The position numbers and the translations under genes were made by a program. The notes beneath the pieces were generated by a model that saw nothing but the letters and a program-made list of their open reading frames with translations, had not been told where the DNA came from and searched no databases. A stretch of DNA of 63,901 bases, counting the filler, from Octopus bimaculoides (taxonomy: Eukaryota): NCBI RefSeq assembly GCF_001194135.2. It is 9 parts of 7 records of this genome, joined end to end, with 100 filler letters (N's around TTAATTAATTAA, not from the genome) between each part and the next. Parts side by side here need not be neighbours in the genome. Positions count along the whole stretch, not along the records: positions 5,025 to 22,949 come from NC_068994.1; positions 23,050 to 35,985 come from NC_068989.1; 7 more parts are not named here. The stretch is one strand, 5' to 3'. Positions 13,115-26,699 of this stretch are shown here, piece after piece. Positions within the stretch are counted from its first letter, which is position 1. Each line of letters starts with the position of its first letter.

Positions 13115-13789
13115 GCTTCATTCTATGGCTGCGTTTATATCTTTGCCTGCGGATATATGTGCCATGCCTGCGCCCACACCCGATGTTTCAATTGGCATTC
13201 AATGGTCCAAAAGCTTCGTAAATAGTTTGGCAACTGCCAGATTCTCACCGCTCGAAGATCGAAGATAATATTCTCATTCTTTGGCGACCCAAAGAACCAT
13301 TCACTTGTTGCGATATATTTCGATTTCAAATTACAGTGGCTTTCTTGACTATGAAAAAGTGAAATCCGATATAAGTATTTGGTAGAGCAAGTCGGCATAT
13401 GCGATGTTAATGAAAGGAAGAAAAACAAAATGGAAAAAAAGAAAAAGAAAAAAAGAAATCAAAAGAGTCGGAAGAATATTGGTTGTTTACCAGAAAAAGA
13501 AACAAATAAATAAATTAAAGAACATTATAGAACTGTGAGAAAATAAAGAATTTTCAAAAGAAATTCCTTGGAATTATCCTTTTGAGAAAAATCAGTGATT
13601 CGGAAGTCTAAAAATTAAGTATCGCATTTTATTGCCAGTTAAAACAAGACTGCTTCCAAAGCACGTGCGTGCAGTCTGTTTGTGCGTGCATATATATATA
13701 TAATATACATGTATGTATATATATATGTGTATGCAGATAGATAGATAGATACATACATACATATATACACACACATAAATATATTCTTT

Positions 13790-13932
13790 CATTCTTTTAT
13801 TTGGTTCAGTCATTTGACAGCGGCCATGCTGGAGCACCGCCTTTAGCTGAACAAATCGACCACAGGACTTATTCTTTGCAAGTCTCTTTTTGCCGGACCA
13901 CTAAGTTGCGTGGAGGACAAAACACAGACACA

Positions 13933-14001
<69 letters not shown>

Positions 14002-14056
14002 ACATATATACACATATATATCTAGGGCTTCTTTCAGTTTCCGTTTACCAAATCCA

Positions 14057-14060
<4 letters not shown>
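13790..14060 (-). mobile_element. SINE family D, 3' part with long internal (CA)n
   Basis: Reverse complement of the family D tail and centre. Confidence 0.82.
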
Positions 14061-14095
<35 letters not shown>

Positions 14096-16753
14096 GCACA
14101 CTGGGTGTCAAGAAATTCATTTCGCAACCACATCGTTTCGTGTTCAATACCACTGCCTGACGGTGGTATTTTAGCCCCAAGTTAATCAATGATAACTTGT
14201 GAGAGAATTTGGAAGACGGAAACTGTGTGGAAGCCCATCATATACATAAATATATATATGTATATGGACATATTTATGTATGCACGTCTTTGTGTTTGTC
14301 CTTTATCACCGCCTGACAACCGTTGCTGGTTTTTTAACGTCCCTCATAACATAGCAGTTTTGAGGTCAAATTCTACCGAGGTCGACTTTGCCTTTCATCT
14401 TTTCGGGGTCGATAAATTAAATACCAGTTGTGTACTGCATCGATCTAATCGACTGGCCCCCAAAATTTCGGGCCTTGTGCCTAGAGCAGAAAAGAATATC
14501 TTTATCTACGTACCATATTTTCGTGAACGAAAACTGCAGCCTCTGGCTTTTCAGTGATACACTAACATTAAATATGTCACATATTTCTGGTTGTAAATCT
14601 ATTTCTGTATTGATTTCTAGTGAGCCATGTTGAAATCCAGGATGAAAAGAGTTTGAGGACTCCGTGTAAGGTGCAATTGTTACAGTATTTATCCTTTGAG
14701 CCGCACATTGTTACTTAATTAAATTATGATAAAAGAAAATTGCACGATTCACCTTGACGTTAAGCACGAATTCTATGTTATTTCAAATGCAGAGATGAAG
14801 AGTATTGTTGCCCCTTGTGTGGAAAATTATTTGTTCCACGATCAGCATGTTTACAAGTTGAGAATCTTTGTCCATGCAATGACAATCACAAGAGAGTGAT
14901 CAGACCATTTGAGATTAGAGAGATTTAAGCCACCCATTACGATTATATTAACATGTTGTTTTGGTTTGGTGAATTCCTCTCCTGTTTTTAAGGAGCAGCT
15001 TCAAAATTTCGATCATGATCGGAGACTTCAGCTGGGCGACATGATATGCGTATTACGACATCGAGTTACTTTATATTCTATTTATGTGTCACAAACTAAA
15101 TCTAAACGTGACAGCCTAACGGATGTACATACCAACTCTACACAAATGCTTTTTTTTGTCAGTACAGAAGCCGGCACATTTTATCATGTGTATTTCTGCA
15201 TTTGATGTGTTTGCTGTTAAGTGTGTTTCTGTAAAGTGCTATACATACTGATTGCATGTGATGACATACATATTGATTGTATGTGACAAGATTTTTCCTG
15301 TAAGAAATTTTACTTCTCTTAGTTGTAATAAATCTCTGACATTTAGCAGTAACACTGATCTGACGTTGCGGTGTTGTCTGAGGTAGCCATCTTGTTTTAT
15401 CATTTCTGTGATCTTTAAGACGGTGAGCTGGCAAAACGTTAGCACGCCGGACTACATGCTTTTAAGCATTGCGCCCATCTCTACGCTCTGAGCTCAAATT
15501 CCGCCGAAGTCGATAAAATAAGTACCAGTTGAAATTTGGGGATGATGTGATCGACCCCCCCCCCAAAAAAAAACTGCTGTTCCTGTGCCAAAATTTGAAA
15601 CCATAATACGTAGTGTGTGTATGCGTGTGTGTTTCATCTTGTTTTACGTTCTGAGTTCTAATCCCGCCGAGGTCTTTCATCCTTTTCGGTCGACAAAATA
15701 AGCACGACTTGAACACTGGAATCGATGTAATCGATTTACGCCCTCATCTAAAATTCCTGGCCTTTTGCCAGAATTTGAAACCACAATTTTTGGATAGCCT
15801 TGTGAGTCGGCTTCAGAAAGTTTAAATCTGATTTATTTCTGCATTATTATTTCTCCCACATTATACTACATCCACATATTGATTTTTGATAGACGGCAGA
15901 CGTGAATGTTAAATCCCGTTCAAGTAACTCTATGTTCTTAAGCCATTTAGTCATCTCCTCTTTAGTGACGTCTTTCTACGCAACATGGCGGTCTTCTCAC
16001 GTCTGATTTTCTGCAGGTTGAAATTCTCCTACTTTCACAAAAGAATTTATGGAGAATAGTTACCGCATTTACCATAATTCTAACAATACTTGGAAGAAGC
16101 AAATTGGAAGATTGTTCTACTTCCTTCATGCTGGCAGGTAAATTGTAACAGATTTAAAAATTACCTGCTGGGTATAACTGATTTGGGTTTATGCTTACAA
16201 TTTTTTATTTTTCGTTTGTGGCGCGCGCTTAAATATTTTATCATGCACATTTCTTTCAAATGGTTCGCTTTTTTTGCCATTAATTATAATTTAAATAATT
16301 TATTTTTTTCGGTTTCTCCATTTTTATTATCGTCATTTAACGTGTCGAGGAAAAGTGGTGCGTGTGTTTTTGTCGTCCTTTTTGGCGTCTATTCTATTCA
16401 CGGCGATGTTAATTCGATCCTTCTGGATTACTATGAAACTCATGCAAATTTAATACTAGCTTCTTTCTCTGCATTTTTGTCATCTTCATCCTTCATAATG
16501 CTTTTTTCAGTAAGTCAAAATACGACTTGACGAGGGCATAGGACGGAATAAATTTGTTCTTTTTTTTCTGTCAATTTGTGCCACCAATCCTTAATATTTC
16601 AGCTCACCTGCAATCAAAATGACATCAGGTGGTTATGCGCCCATACGCCATGCCATAAGAAAAAGCGAATTTCTACCACCTGCCAATTATCATTCGTCAT
16701 TTTTTTACTAACATTCATCATCATCATCATCATCATCATCATCGTCGTCGTCG

Positions 16754-16826
<73 letters not shown>

Positions 16827-17297
16827 TATTGCATTGTGCTCTTGAGCAGAACGCTGAAATTCACGTTGCTTGGCGATCACTTCGACCTGAAACGCGTGGC
16901 ACACTCTGCACCCGTTCAGACAACGCCACCTTTGATGGAGAGAGAGAGAGGGTGAGCGAACGTGCGACACGGGCATTTGATCCCCATAGACAAATCATTT
17001 CTGTAGGTTGTTCATTTAGAAATTGCAAGACCCTTATCCGTCGTCCACAACAGAAAAGTCATGTATGAATACACTGAGCTTTTCGTTGGGTTAGAAAATT
17101 ACATACCTTCACCCCCAATTTTCCATGATAAGTTAGCACTTGGAATCCTCCAATCCTCCGATGTATTACATGTCGATTAGTCGAATTAGACCATCATTTA
17201 CTCCACAAATGTTTTGTCGTCAATGCTGCAATTTCCCGATTCACCTGTTTCAACATAACTGTAATATATATATATAAATAAACTATACCATTTTAAT

Positions 17298-17324
17298 CCC
17301 GAGCGACGCCGGGTGTCTCTGCTA

Positions 17325-17325
<1 letters not shown>
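17298..17325 (+). mobile_element. Helitron-like 3' terminus
   Basis: GC-rich hairpin CCCGAGCGACGCCGGG followed by ...CTAG|T, next to (TA)n. Confidence 0.55.
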
Positions 17326-17387
<62 letters not shown>

Positions 17388-18559
17388 ACTCTGAGTTTTA
17401 TCATGGCTACCGAATTGTCACATATTTTTACAGATAAATTTCTCTATTTACATAATGTCAAAGTCACTTTCTTTTGTTGTCTTTTCTATAACTGCAATAC
17501 AGATATGTTTGTGTGCGTGGTTGTTTGAGTGTGTGTTTGTGTATGCATGCCTGTGTGTGTATGCGCGTGTGTGTGTGTGTGTGTGTGTGTTTGTATGTAT
17601 GCATGTGTGTGTGCGTGAGTGTGTGCATGTGCGTCTGCTGGAAACAGTGATATGAGGTGAGTGGGAAGTGTGTGACAGAATTTGAAAGTTGTGTGAGCTC
17701 CATTTATGATAGTGTTGTGTCACTTTTTCTCATTTTGCAAACTCGAAAAAGCGACATAAGCAAGTTTATTGATTGATTCTTTCTCAACTAATCGAACAGC
17801 AACGCCTCCTTATTCCTGTGTTTGTATAATGCTACATGTTCAGGAGACAAGATATGTATGTGCATATTTATTCACATGTGTATGTCATCGCTATCTNNNN
17901 NNNNNNNNNNNNNNNNNNNNNNNNNNNNNNNNNNNNNNNNNNNNNNNNNNNNNNNNNNNNNNNNNNNNNNNNNNNNNNNNNNNNNNNNNNNNNNNNNNNN
18001 NNNNNNNNNNNNNNNNNNNNNNNNNNNNNNNNNNNNNNNNNNNNNNNNNNNNNNNNNNNNNNNNNNNNNNNNNNNNNNNNNNNNNNNNNNNNNNNNNNNN
18101 NNNNNNNNNNNNNNNNNNNNNNNNNNNNNNNNNNNNNNNNNNNNNNNNNNNNNNNNNNNNNNNNNNNNNNNNNNNNNNNNNNNNNNNNNNNNNNNNNNNN
18201 NNNNNNNNNNNNNNNNNNNNNNNNNNNNNNNNNNNNNNNNNNNNNNNNNNNNNNNNNNNNNNNNNNNNNNNNNNNNNNNNNNNNNNNNNNNNNNNNNNNN
18301 NNNNNNNNNNNNNNNNNNTATATATACATGTTTGTATATATATATATATATATATGTTAATTCTCTATATGAAGTATTAACAGTAACTGCACGATAAAGT
18401 GTAGTATATTGCCACTTAAGTGTGGCTGACCCCTAGGGGTGGATGTTACTGTTGCTTTTAGCCCCAGGAGGACATCTCCTCCAGCTGGCTTATCGACACA
18501 CGACTGTGTCACACATATATATATATATATATACACACATATATATATATATATACACA

Positions 18560-18595
<36 letters not shown>

Positions 18596-19370
18596 TACAG
18601 CCACATCTTGCAGCTCTGTCTCACACGCGCTGTCCATTTTCCTCTCTCTTTTCCTCTCTCTTTTCCTCTCTCTTTGCCTCATTTTTGTCATATTACGACA
18701 CGCTTTTTAACAGCGGCCACTATACACCAATTTGGATTCATGCTTCAGATCTTTCCTGTAATGATCAAAGTTTCTTCTGCAGAATAATAAATATAGTAAA
18801 TGTCATAGGTATCTACATCTAATTCCCCCCACCCACCCACCTCGTGTTATCGCGTTAAACCTGTAAGTCGTGTATTAAATAATTTGTCTTACAAAATTGA
18901 TAGACTTTTGCACAAAACTATTAAAATCTAATGATTAAGTTTGTAGCGATTACATCGGGTTGTCTGAAAGTACTTTAAGATATAATCGCCATAGATATAC
19001 GTTCAGAAATCCTGATAGAAATTCTGATTCATACATGATTAAATATTTCAGAAGTTTATAACAATAGGGGAAGTAATTTAGAAGATATTACAGTATGCCA
19101 AATCGTATATTCGTGAGAATGATAGTAACGATGTTTGTAATATTATTATAACTGTAAAAAGAAACAAAGAAATATTTTGTTCATCATAAATTCTGTTCTA
19201 GCCGAAACACTCGGCGCCGTTTTGTTGCCAGAAGTTGAAAATTTCATACTGAATGTTGTGTGAATGTCGTTGTGTATCATAGAACGAACAATTATAAATA
19301 TGGTGAAAAAAAGAAAGCAAATAAACGAACGTGAGGACGAGCACAAGCAATATATTAATTTGACGCTCGG

Positions 19371-19418
<48 letters not shown>

Positions 19419-21165
19419 NNNNNNNNNNNNNNNNNNNNNNNNNNNNNNNNNNNNNNNNNNNNNNNNNNNNNNNNNNNNNNNNNNNNNNNNNNNNNNNNNN
19501 NNNNNNNNNNNNNNNNNNNNNNNNNNNNNNNNNNNNNNNNNNNNNNNNNNNNNNNNNNNNNNNNNNNNNNNNNNNNNNNNNNNNNNNNNNNNNNNNNNNN
19601 NNNNNNNNNNNNNNNNNNNNNNNNNNNNNNNNNNNNNNNNNNNNNNNNNNNNNNNNNNNNNNNNNNNNNNNNNNNNNNNNNNNNNNNNNNNNNNNNNNNN
19701 NNNNNNNNNNNNNNNNNNNNNNNNNNNNNNNNNNNNNNNNNNNNNNNNNNNNNNNNNNNNNNNNNNNNNNNNNNNNNNNNNNNNNNNNNNNNNNNNNNNN
19801 NNNNNNNNNNNNNNNNNNNNNNNNNNNNNNNNNNNNNNNNNNNNNNNNNNNNNNNNNNNNNNNNNNNNNNNNNNNNNNNNNNATATATATATGTATGTAT
19901 GTATGTATGTATGAGATGCAGCGCCAAGTTTTGTCAGTGAACAGGTCGCAGTTTCGAAGCGACGAAAATATTTTGACACAAGTGCAAATTAAATGTTGAA
20001 GGGAAACTAACAGTTTTTGTGTGTTCTTGAATGGCTTACAAATATCTTCCACGATGCAATTGTTTATATATAATATACTTTATATATATTATATCTGTTA
20101 TATACAGGTATAATATATATAGTCTGATTCAAGCGGTGTAGATCGAGCATGCATTAAAGTTGAAAATATATCTGATAACAAAATTAAAAGACTAAAGTTA
20201 ATAAAAAAAACATTTTAAAACCCCACCAGAAAACTTTTACCCAGAATAAAGAGCGTCGAGTGTGTGTAAGTGCATGCCCGCGTCCGGTGCGCATATGTAT
20301 GCTTGTGAAAGTGTGTTTTTAGTATAAGTCAGATCAGCGGCTAAACGAGATTTTGAAAGACAAGAACGCGAAAAAGAGAGTTTGACATTCAGACAGACAG
20401 AGGGACCGATTGAAGAGGTTAAGTAAACAAGGGACGTAATCTGAACAACGCTCAACACAGACACGGTTGAATTTCTGGAGCAGTGATGCCTATGCTTTCA
20501 TTGAAGTACAGGAGAAGACAGTCATTCATAAATGTACAACGAATTTAAAAGCAAAGATATGTAAAGTAGACGCCACTAAAACAGTTTTACTTGTTAAATT
20601 TCAGAAGGAAGCGAAGTGTGAACGTGTGAAGTCTGCTTAGATGAATATCATTAATTAATAATTAGTTAGTTTTCTCATATTTTTCACTGCTTTTGTTATT
20701 TGTTATTTCTTTTGTTTGTCTGTTTTTTTTTTCATATATATATTTTATTTCTGCGCTGTTCTTTGAAACTGAATTTTCGTTTTTTTTTCTTTCTTTTGTT
20801 CTTAAGTTCAATGTTTTATTTGCATCGGATATACGAATATGGGAAGATGTATTAAATCAATTATTCAATATCGATGTGTGCGTGTATGTGTGTGTCTGTG
20901 CGTATGTGTGTGCGTGCTTGTGCATGTGCGTATGTGTATAAATGCTAGATATACATACACAGACCCTCTCTCACACACACATATATGCATATGTATTTAT
21001 AATAATATCTTGCTACACACATATATGTATATTCATTCAAACGTATAAACATGCGTGTATATGTTTATGCATATATGTGTATATATAGTTGAAATTTCCA
21101 CACACATACACAGATAGCTATATAATTATATTGATGTACACTTATACACACTTGCATACATATAC

Positions 21166-21211
<46 letters not shown>

Positions 21212-21221
21212 AAAATACACA

Positions 21222-21280
<59 letters not shown>

Positions 21281-21300
21281 ATTTGTCTATGTATGTATGC

Positions 21301-21331
<31 letters not shown>

Positions 21332-21381
21332 GATGGATGCATCTATCTATCTGTCTGTCTGTCTGTCTATACACACACACA

Positions 21382-21667
21382 CGATGGGTCGATGAAAAGT
21401 TCTTGGCTTTGAGTAAAAGAAAACACAGGAGGGTCAGTTAATTATGATGTTATCCAACATATTTCCCTCTCAGATTCACACACAGTTCCTGGCTTCAAGG
21501 GTATCGTGAAAGGCCTGGTTCGAATCCCAGCCTTCCGCGTTCTTTTACAGGGATCGCTGCAATAAGTGTGTGAATCTGGGAGGAGAATATGTTGAATAAA
21601 ATCATATTTAACTGATCCTCTTGTATTTTCTTTTACCCAAAGTCGGAAACTTTTCAGCAACCCCTAG
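21382..21667. mobile_element. Rearranged copy of the 218-bp MITE with about 100-bp inverted arms
   Basis: 21382-21483 is the reverse complement of 21566-21667. The centre matches the left part of the standard MITE. Confidence 0.8.
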
Positions 21668-21864
21668 TATGTATGCATGCATGTATGTATGTATGTATGT
21701 ATATATATATGTATGTATATATATATATGTATATATATGTATATATATATATATATATGTATATATATGTATGTATATATATATGTATATATATGTATGT
21801 ATATATATATGTATATATATGTATGTATGTATATATTTATGTATATATATATATATGTTTATAT

Positions 21865-21906
<42 letters not shown>

Positions 21907-22689
21907 GTTTATATATATATATNNNNNNNNNNNNNNNNNNNNNNNNNNNNNNNNNNNNNNNNNNNNNNNNNNNNNNNNNNNNNNNNNNNNNNNNNNNNNN
22001 NNNNNNNNNNNNNNNNNNNNNNNNNNNNNNNNNNNNNNNNNNNNNNNNNNNNNNNNNNNNNNNNNNNNNNNNNNNNNNNNNNNNNNNNNNNNNNNNNNNN
22101 NNNNNNNNNNNNNNNNNNNNNNNNNNNNNNNNNNNNNNNNNNNNNNTGTATGTATAAAAGATAAACAAGAGTGAAAAAACTACAGAAGGCTTGTGTTATA
22201 TGATTAAAGTATATATTTAAATCGTTATGTTAGAAAAATGTTATAAAATTTTGAGTATAGAAACATTGTATTTGGAGGAATAACCGGTTTCGTATTTTCT
22301 TTTTAAATTTCTCTACCTGTATCGTAACATGTCTTCGCTCCGGTGTATAATATGGAGTTCTAGACCAGGAAACTATGCTGGTCCTATGGAGGACATTTGT
22401 TCTCAGCCGTCTGTAGTTGCAAAACGAAGTGCTTACCCACACGGCTATACCCGCGTCCATATTAATAATGTGCAATTATAATAATGCACGATTCGAATTT
22501 ACTTTCCTTGATAACACTCTTTGATGGTACTCGAACATTTTTCACTCCAGCTTAGTTTTAAGGTAATTTAATTTCCAGAAACGTCTTTCGTCTCACAATG
22601 AAAGAATTTTTAGAATAAAAGCAAAAAACCTCTACTTTAATCTTCAAAGAGAAAGAAAAAGAGGGAAAGAGAAACAGAGAATATGATAT

Positions 22690-22771
<82 letters not shown>

Positions 22772-22949
22772 GGACAGAGAGGCAGACGGACAGAGAGTGT
22801 GTTAAAATGCAGAAATAATGCGAATTTATGCGTTCTGCAAAATCAGCTTTAATAATACGTGCACACACACACACACACACACATACACACACACACAGAG
22901 AAACACACATACACACAAACACACACACATATATATGTATATACGTATG

Positions 22950-23049
22950 NNNNNNNNNNNNNNNNNNNNNNNNNNNNNNNNNNNNNNNNNNNNTTAATTA
23001 ATTAANNNNNNNNNNNNNNNNNNNNNNNNNNNNNNNNNNNNNNNNNNNN
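22950..23049. other. Artificial scaffold-joining linker
   Basis: 44 N + TTAATTAATTAA + 44 N. Confidence 0.95.
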
Positions 23050-23193
23050 TATACACACACACACATACACACAAGTAATGGAAAACAAAACAATAAACTT
23101 AACAATTATAAATTCAAGTCAATTTAAATATTTTATGCAAACAAATAACACCAGTAAATTCTTCGGATATTTAATATCCCTTAGCTAAATTGT

Positions 23194-23224
<31 letters not shown>

Positions 23225-23610
23225 GACTAGTAATGTTCTATGGACACGCATGTGTCTCTTGAGGCCTGCTGGGGCCTTGCAAACATTTTCAAAAATGGAA
23301 CAAGTTGAAGAGAATCAGTGTGCTCGAAGGTGATCGTAATCTATAAAGACTCATACGATATAATGAACACCTGTTTTTGGCTATCAGTAATAGTGAAAAC
23401 TCTGATGTACCTACGGAAGGTAGTGTAAGTGAAGAAATTGAGCCCAAACTACGCTAATATGAGTTAAACCATTCCAGAATGACATGCAATAGTACACCTA
23501 ATTTAATCCATAACGAACCAATACTATCCACAAAGTGATAAGCAATATTATAGACAGAGCACATGATATTTCATTCAATAGCAAGCATTGTGAAAAAAAT
23601 ATTATAGTAT

Positions 23611-23848
23611 CCATCCCGAGTCATACCGACCCATAAAAGCCTGTTTCCAGGTTTCAGAATCTATATATTTCCCATCTGAACGGCACCCAGTTCCGTCGCA
23701 GGATTACTCATTTTTGCCATCTGAGAGGACTGGAACAAAGTGAAATGAAGTGATTTGCTTAAGAACACAACTCGTCGCTCGGTCCAGGAATCAAACCCAC
23801 AATCTTACGATCATGAATCCAACACCCTAACCACTAAACGACGCATCA
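23611..23848 (-). mobile_element. SINE with head B + tail 2
   Basis: Head and centre like the 55857 copy, tail like the 5030 copy. Confidence 0.72.
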
Positions 23849-24739
23849 TCAAATAGCAAGGATAGAATTAATGTTAATAAGCATTAGAGTAATTGTAGGA
23901 GTAGATTTGTAAGACCACTTTAGGGGCAACCAGAAACTACTTATTTTATAGATCTACCGTTACAACTGATGACATTTCTAATTATTACACAGGTTCATAT
24001 TCTACTGAATTTAAATAAAGATATCTTAACCAGCTTTCTTCTTTCAAAAATAGGGAAAAAATAACTTGTACAAGTTTCAGTGGGTTCAACTAGAATTCAA
24101 AGGATAGGGACACCAAATATGATATTAAATATTCATTTATTAGTAGCGCTTCACCTTATAATACTGTGATCTATTTTTGTGGTAAATATTCTATATCGTA
24201 ACTTTTAATTTCAGGTTATTAAGTCGACGAAATGAATTAGCGGTAACATGTGCACATTCATTTAGAAAAGAGTTTCGGTATTTTCCAAATAAGCGATTTT
24301 TACTACTTAGATAAAAGGGCACATAAGTTAACCGCATCACATAATCGCAAATTTATTTACGATAAGTTACATTTCAAGAAATGTACATTGAACCTCAGAA
24401 TTACAAAGGTTTTTTTTTCTGGAATAAGACAAATTTCAATTTACTTCATTTTTCTCAATTAACATTAGGCTTCTAATATCCAGAAAAGTATAAAATTCTA
24501 TTGCTATGGACTGGTCTTATTAACCGAATTAAGCGATATTTAGTCCAGCTTTCAATCCCTTTTAAATCTCTTCATTTATCTTATATTACATTATCTCCAC
24601 TATTAGTTGCCAGTGTTGTAAAGTTTAAGTGAGGTCGAATTTTAAAGGGAAGTGCGTGTGTTTATTTGGCAAAAGAAGAAAATGACTATCCCGAAATACA
24701 ACTGTATATATAGGGAGAATTCACAAAAACACAACAGGC

Positions 24740-24885
24740 GAAGACAGGTGGTGAAGAAAACAAACAAATGTATTAGTATAGCTCTCGGGAATTGAAAAAG
24801 TCTTTAACGTTTCGAGCCTACGCTCTTCCACAGAAAGGAACGCAGAAAGAAACAAGGAGAGAAAAAAATGTGTGTAGTGGTTAAT
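24740..24885 (-). repeat. Dispersed repeat carrying a minimal hammerhead-like motif (possibly Penelope-like element LTR)
   Basis: About 130 bp homologous to 47650-47790. The minus strand has CTTT-CTGTGGA-A-GAGC(GTAG)GCTC-GAAA-CGTT-AAAG. No Penelope ORF is visible. Confidence 0.5.
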
Positions 24886-25098
24886 AATAATAATAATAAT
24901 GAAGATAATAATAATAATAATGAAGATAATAATAATAATAAAGGTTTTACATAGAGTTTAAAACGTTCAAAGGCTTCAGACGTCGTGGTGTATTGTAGCG
25001 ATTTCTCATCAACAGATGGGTCCAGAGTAATCAATAGGCAGGAGAGGTGCAGCCGGAGTGTAGAAAAGTCCAGAAGAAAATACACATATATATATATT

Positions 25099-25142
<44 letters not shown>

Positions 25143-26202
25143 TACATGCAGATGTTGTATACCTTCACTGAAGCAATCTTCGACAGAGTCATCTGTAACT
25201 TCAAATGTCAAAACTGTACAGGAGCCTGTAGAAAGCTGTTGCAGTGGATCATGCATTTGCTACTGAACAGAACGAAACATTTTTGTGGCTGCAATCCACT
25301 GTAAACCAGTAAATATCGCCAGACGTCTCTCAAGTTAGAAAATATAATAGAAACCCGAACAAATATCCGGTCTGGTCTTCAAATTGTTATTCAATGCTGA
25401 AGACGAACAGCGGCAGCCACATGAGGAAGAGTCCCAACAACAAAACACTTTTTCTTCTAGACAAAAAAAAAATCATAGCATTCAACACTATCAGGTATAT
25501 AGGCATAATTGATGACAAACATCTCAGCTGGGGAATTCGCATTATCCAAAAAATTTAAATGGTTCGAAGGTGAGCATTTGGATCTTCAGGTCTTTCCGGT
25601 GCAGAAGACCAGATATCATTCTCTTCCTTTGCCAGGTCATCCTCTGAATAAAGTTCGATCCTGCGGTTGAAATCAAGGAAATACAAAATATCGGGCCGTA
25701 TGCATTTCACTATTTGATTCGAATATTTCCCATTTGAATTCAAAACGCTCTCATAATCCATTTGGGTGGTAGACTAACGCCGTTCGGAAGTTTAACATCA
25801 TTACATAGTTCTTGCGCACGTTCAGTGGAGTTTTCCGCTGTAAACTTTCGTGTTCTCTGTTGTGAGGAAAATCTCCTCCCTGCTACCAGTCTAAGAGACT
25901 TCGTACCTAACTAAAAGTATGCAAACAAATAGTGCTTCCTCAAAATCGTTACATTATTATCATCCTCAGATATACATATTTTATATAATATTGAAATTTC
26001 TTGTTGATTTACATCTTTTACACTGTAGGAGAATTAGGAATAAGGTTTTATTGAATATCTAATTTTCTTCTCTAAACCTGTCTCACCCTTGAACCCTCTT
26101 TAAAATATCATTTGCAGAATAGACATGTATATATTTAACAATATAAACAGCAACATCCACCACAGCACACACATGCACTCAGAAATGCGCCTACACACAC
26201 AC

Positions 26203-26298
<96 letters not shown>

Positions 26299-26699
26299 CG
26301 TAGCAGTTCTGCAACATGATCAAGATAGAATTTTCACACACGTAATTTCAAATTCACACATATGTTGACCTCATTCGCTATGATTTACTTGCAACTCTTA
26401 TTTCAAATCTAGTTTTTTTCAAATATATTGGTTCTTTGAATTATATTTCAGGTGCACTACTGATACTTCATATCTGACAAAATTTTAATAAACCCCCATT
26501 ATTCTGCTTATATTTATGTCATTTCTATTTATTTGAAATGAAAACCGCTAATATAAATTGAGTTCCAGCATTATATGAAAAAAATAACATTCTTTTTTTT
26601 ACGAAATAAATTCATCAGAAAAATATAATGCCTACTCTTTAGACCCATTCTCATTTTTAACTGAATCTCTTGAATTTATTCTGAAATGTACACCCAGGT

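Noticed and set aside
16606-16713. Candidate exon SPAIKMTSGGYAPIRHAIRKSEFLPPANYHSSFFY*
   Set aside because: There is an acceptor-like site only, with no recognisable homology or linked exons.
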